Source of the DNA: Setoptus koraiensis
Taxonomy: Eukaryota; Animalia; Arthropoda
Reading direction: 5' to 3'
Assembly (NCBI GenBank): GCA_048013815.1
Contig: CM106586.1
Coordinates: forward strand, 248,001-312,000
Length of the DNA: 64,000 bases
Shown: piece by piece, positions 59,901 to 64,000 of the stretch
Layout: each line of letters begins with the position of its first letter
Position numbering within the stretch: position 1 is the first letter of the stretch
Notes under the pieces: generated by a model
The model's database searches: none
Seen by the model: the letters and a program-made list of their open reading frames with translations, nothing else
What the model was told of the DNA's origin: nothing
Position numbers and translations under genes: made by a program

Positions 59901-61334
59901 CTAAAGGCATGATCTCAATCTGAATCTGCCACCTCATCATCACATTCTAGCTGTCAAAATTTGTTTACATGTTGTTGCTTCACAGTCTCGTGTGTAGATA
60001 GCTGGCTCTGCAGGCTGTTCACTTATTGATGAATTTCTACATTAAGTGTGTAGATACCTGGCTCGTTTACTTGTTTACAAATTGTTGATTACAAGTCTCG
60101 TGTGCAGATAGTTGGATCTTCAGCTTGTTTAATATTATCGGTTTTCATTAGCGCTTAGATTTAATTAAGCGACTACGTGACTATGTAATCCTATGGAGGT
60201 GTAACTTAGTCAAATTTTTGAGAATCCTGAAATTCTGCTAAACATTACACATGTGTTCCTATGGAGATTCGACTTGGTCTATTATTGCTTCACTCGAAAT
60301 TATTTCGTATGCAATCCTATGGAGATTCGACTCAGTCAAATTCTTGAAGAGCTCGGTGGTGACAATTCGAACTTCGAAATTCAAAATTGAAAATTCTTAT
60401 TTCTGATTACAGTTTCAGCTGCTCGTTCAAAGTTCGATGGTCAGAGTTCGATGGTCGGGGTTCGGTGGTCACAATTCGGACTTAAGAATTCGAAATTGAA
60501 AATTCGAATTTCCGATTAGAGTTTCAGGTGCTCGTTCAGTGTTCGATGGTCGAAGTTCGAACTTCGACTAGTCCAACCTCTGCCCGCTCGAAGACGATCA
60601 TCCTTTATTTAGTTTCATTTTACTTTAGATCTTCACAAGTCTCACGACGTAAAAAATTGGAGTGCACCAGCCAGAGAATCGGTACAGTGGATTCTTAAGG
60701 GCTACCCCCATGCTGCCTGAAATTGCGCCACTGATAAATGGACAACGGATTCGTGGTTCGAGTTCTGCAATGGGACTAAAGATCATTTGTTGGTTGAGCA
60801 CGAAGAAGGTGACTTCAATGATGAGGAATGTCGAAGCACCTTAGTCCAATTCGATCAATGGTTGATCGGTCGCCTCGGCATCAGGATTGCAGCCTTTGTG
60901 ATTCAGAACAAGAAGCCGTTGGCTTTATGTAAATTAGATTTGCTGTCGCCTGCGTCGCCTTTATTTCTCAAATAAAATGCTCTGCATCTCAACTTGTTAA
61001 ATACCGACTGTCTCTCAATTATCTTCACTTCGTTGGTTTGGAGAATATCGTTCGGAAGACTGTATCAAGTAACGACGAATTTAATCCTCCCTCTGCTAAA
61101 GTATCTGAACATCACACATGTTAACCTTATAAGGATTTAAGTCTCTCGATTCCTGTGTTAAAGTATCTAAACATTACAGATGCTAACCCTATGTGAAATT
61201 GTATGTCTCAATTCCCGTGCTGAAGTATCTAAACATTACACATGTTAACCCTATGAGGATTTGAGTCTCTCAATTCCCGTGTTAGAGTATCTAAACATTG
61301 TTAGCTCTATGGAGATTTGAAATTTGAAATTTTG

Positions 61335-62215
61335 GGGTGTTCTTGCGATCAGGTCCCAGCGCCGATCATCATGAAACTTGACACACAGGGGCCCGCGAGG
61401 GGTCCCCACATCATGAATTGAGTAGTCCGAAAGTGCGGAAACTTCCGGTTCCGGAGATGCAAAAATATTGAGATAGAGCTTCGAAACTTCAGAATCAGAT
61501 GGTAAAGATACCTAGCGGGGCATGATGTGATCTAAAATTAAACCGCTTTAACTTCCGGTTCATAAGATATAGAGGTTTCAGCCGAAATTTTGGGGTGTGG
61601 CCGGGCCCTGTGCGGTTGCGGTCAGCTGACCCATCCTGTGCCTCGTGCGCGCTGCACCCTGTATCAACGTCTGTTTCGGTCATTTAATCCCTTGTTTCTT
61701 ATTCTCTGTTGGTTGTTTCGTCCACTCTTCCCGCCTGCAGCTGTGCTTGGATTGCAGTCGTGTGAGCGGAGGGTAGAGGGCGCAGCCCGATACCCGAAGC
61801 GCTCATCAGCCCTACCCGAAGGGTTCCCGTCGCACGCAGTCGTCGCGTGAGCGACGACGGAGATGTGACGGCTTCCAGAATACGAGGCCGCAGGCCGACT
61901 TCTAAGAACAATTGCAGGCTCATCCCCGAGTATAGCGAAGCATGAATTCGTCAACTTCCGGTCTCTCAACTCTTGAGATATCGCTATAACTAGAGAACCG
62001 GAAGTGGTGAAGTGCTGAAAGTTATGTCATCCTGCTAATCGTCATCTAGAACGTCAGTCTGGTGGGTTTCAACTCTCTCGTAGCAACTTCAGGTAGAACA
62101 GGAACCGGAAGTTTCCGCACTTCCGGACCACTTTTTCTAATGGTTTTGGGTCAAGATGAACCTGCACCGGAAGTTTCATCATGACCGGCGCTAGGACCTA
62201 ATCGCTACAACAACC
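61335..62215 (-). mobile_element. Merlin-type MITE, family 1, both ends, no TSD
   Basis: GGGTGTT...AACAACC ends; core at ~61750-61905. Confidence 0.85.
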
Positions 62216-62521
62216 TAAATGAAAAATTGAAAGTGACTGTTCGCCTCTATGTCGAAATGATGAGTGTGAATTTAAAACATGCGCTCGCTTTTTGGTCCCA
62301 ATTTTTCGCATTTGGCTGAACTTTACTATGTGCGCATTCTCCCGTGTATTTGAGGCTAAGCATTGTGAGTTGTAAGTGTAAAGTAAAAGTCTGTTTACTT
62401 ACTATGTTACACGACTTTATATAGCTTTGGTGCACCCTGGACATACAGGGTGTTACATTGTATGCCATGCGCATAACAGCGCACATCTCCCTCCTTCGTT
62501 TGAAGATCGTCCCGATCTTGT

Positions 62522-62947
62522 TCAGCCACTCAACTTTTCCCTGACTGAGGTCCTGTTGTTTAGGTTTTCTACGGTTTGCTGCATCTCCTTCAATTGGTCC
62601 TTAACCACTGTCATAGGATTATATTCATTAAATTTTTGAATGTTTTGATCATTCAAAATTGGAATATGCTCTATGATTGGTATACATTGGCAGTTTAGGG
62701 TTCTCTTGGCTAGGGCACAGGCTAGGGTTGTTAAATAGTTTACATCGCCTAATATGTAATGTTTGTTTTCTTTGCACAATGACTCAATCATTGCCTTCAA
62801 CAGCTCTATTTCTTCCTGGGCCTCTTTCATCGTCCGGGCCGTCCCTTCAATAGATAGAATATCAGTGCTCTTCGCTTCTGATATTACCGAAAGTATTGTA
62901 ACCATCAACAGAATGTTCGCTATTGCGTTTAATCTTCGGAAACGCAA
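62522..62947 (-). CDS. Small predicted secreted coiled-coil protein, unknown
   Basis: True ATG; MRFRRLNAIANILLMVTILSVISEA signal-like segment; heptads; 4 Cys. Confidence 0.4.
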   Translation of the reverse strand: MRFRRLNAIANILLMVTILSVISEAKSTDILSIEGTARTMKEAQEEIELLKAMIESLCKENKHYILGDVNYLTTLACALAKRTLNCQCIPIIEHIPILNDQNIQKFNEYNPMTVVKDQLKEMQQTVENLNNRTSVREKLSG

Positions 62948-63228
62948 GGGTTGGCGAACGGTCAGGCTATTTGGGGTGTTGGGGTGTTCTTTCGAATAGG
63001 TCTGATGGAGTTGTATACTAAGTTAATTGATTTGATACAATGCTCAGTGTTCTTGAATTACATAAGTGTTTTTATAGTCTAGTGAAAATGATAAGAATGT
63101 TCCCTGACCCAGATAGACTATTAATAGAAAAGTTGTTATAGCTGACTAAATATAACAAGTAATACTGATCTTATCAGCATCAAGAGCGCTTAATTTTGTG
63201 AGTTGATAATTTGCAGATGTCAAAATTT

Positions 63229-64000
63229 GGTTGTTCTAGCGATTAGGTCCCAGCACCGATGATCTAATGGTTTTGGGTCATGATGAAACCTCCGGTGGAG
63301 GTTCATCTTGACCCAAAACCATTAGAAAAAGTGGTCCGGAAGTGCGGAAACTTCCGGATCCGGTTTGACCTAAAGTTGCTTCTAGAGAGTTGAAACCCAC
63401 CAGACTGACGTTCTAGATGACGATTAACAGGATGACTTAACTTTCAGCACTTCACCTCTTCCGGATCTCTAGTTATAGCGATATCTCAAGAGTTGAGAGA
63501 CCGGAAGTTGACGAATTCATGCTTCGCTACAATCAGGGATGAGCCTGCAATTGTTCTTAGAATTCGGCCTGCGGCCTCGTATTCTGGAGGCCGTCACATC
63601 TCCGTCGTGGCACTCGCGACGACAGCGTGCGCCGGGGCCCCGTCGGGTAGGGGTGTTGAGCGCGTCGGGTATCGGGCTGCCCTCTACCCTCCGCTCACAT
63701 GACTGCAATCCACCCACAAATGAAGGGGCGAATAAAAAATAAGGATGAGACAAGTAGGAACAACTGAATTACATGCTAATACATGGTGTTGCGCAGTCTG
63801 TGCACAGTATGGGCCCGCTTGCCGCAACCGCACAGGCCCGGCCGCACCTCTAATTTCAGTTGAACCTTGATATCTAGCAAACCGGAAGTGATACCGGATT
63901 GATTTAGATTCCATCCTGCTCCGCTGAAGGTCATCTACCTGATTCTCAATGTTCAGAGCTCTAGCTTTAACTTCATGTAAAACCGGAACCAGAAGTTTCC
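63229..64000 (+). mobile_element. Merlin-type MITE, family 1, runs off the window end
   Basis: Left TIR GGTTGTTCTAGCGATTAGG; diverged core at ~63560-63715. Confidence 0.85.

Overview
Eukaryotic, transposon-saturated DNA, probably from an invertebrate such as an arthropod (inference), with two 500-N assembly gaps and no recognisable host housekeeping gene. It contains: (i) a Ty1/copia element (minus strand, ~50988-57740) whose single gag-pol frame runs straight into an env-like fusion glycoprotein; (ii) a Ty3/gypsy element (gap-48797) whose integrase, once a MITE is removed, also runs in frame into a homologous env; (iii) a third, orphan fragment of the same env family at ~13.5-14.0 kb; (iv) two divergent rosa-like (DD42D) Tc1/mariner transposases, both starting with a signal-peptide-like segment; (v) the 5' end of a Merlin element plus about a dozen GG-ended, 8-bp-TSD MITE copies or fragments with a conserved core of GNA-loop hairpins; (vi) many Helentron-like non-autonomous elements carrying different minisatellites; (vii) a pol-less LTR element inserted in a 157-bp satellite, and decayed gypsy, R1-like and MULE fragments. 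The best candidates for new biology are the one env family shared by copia and gypsy as in-frame pol-env fusions, and the signal-peptide-bearing transposases. All protein assignments are by-eye motif recognition; no database search or prediction tool was run.
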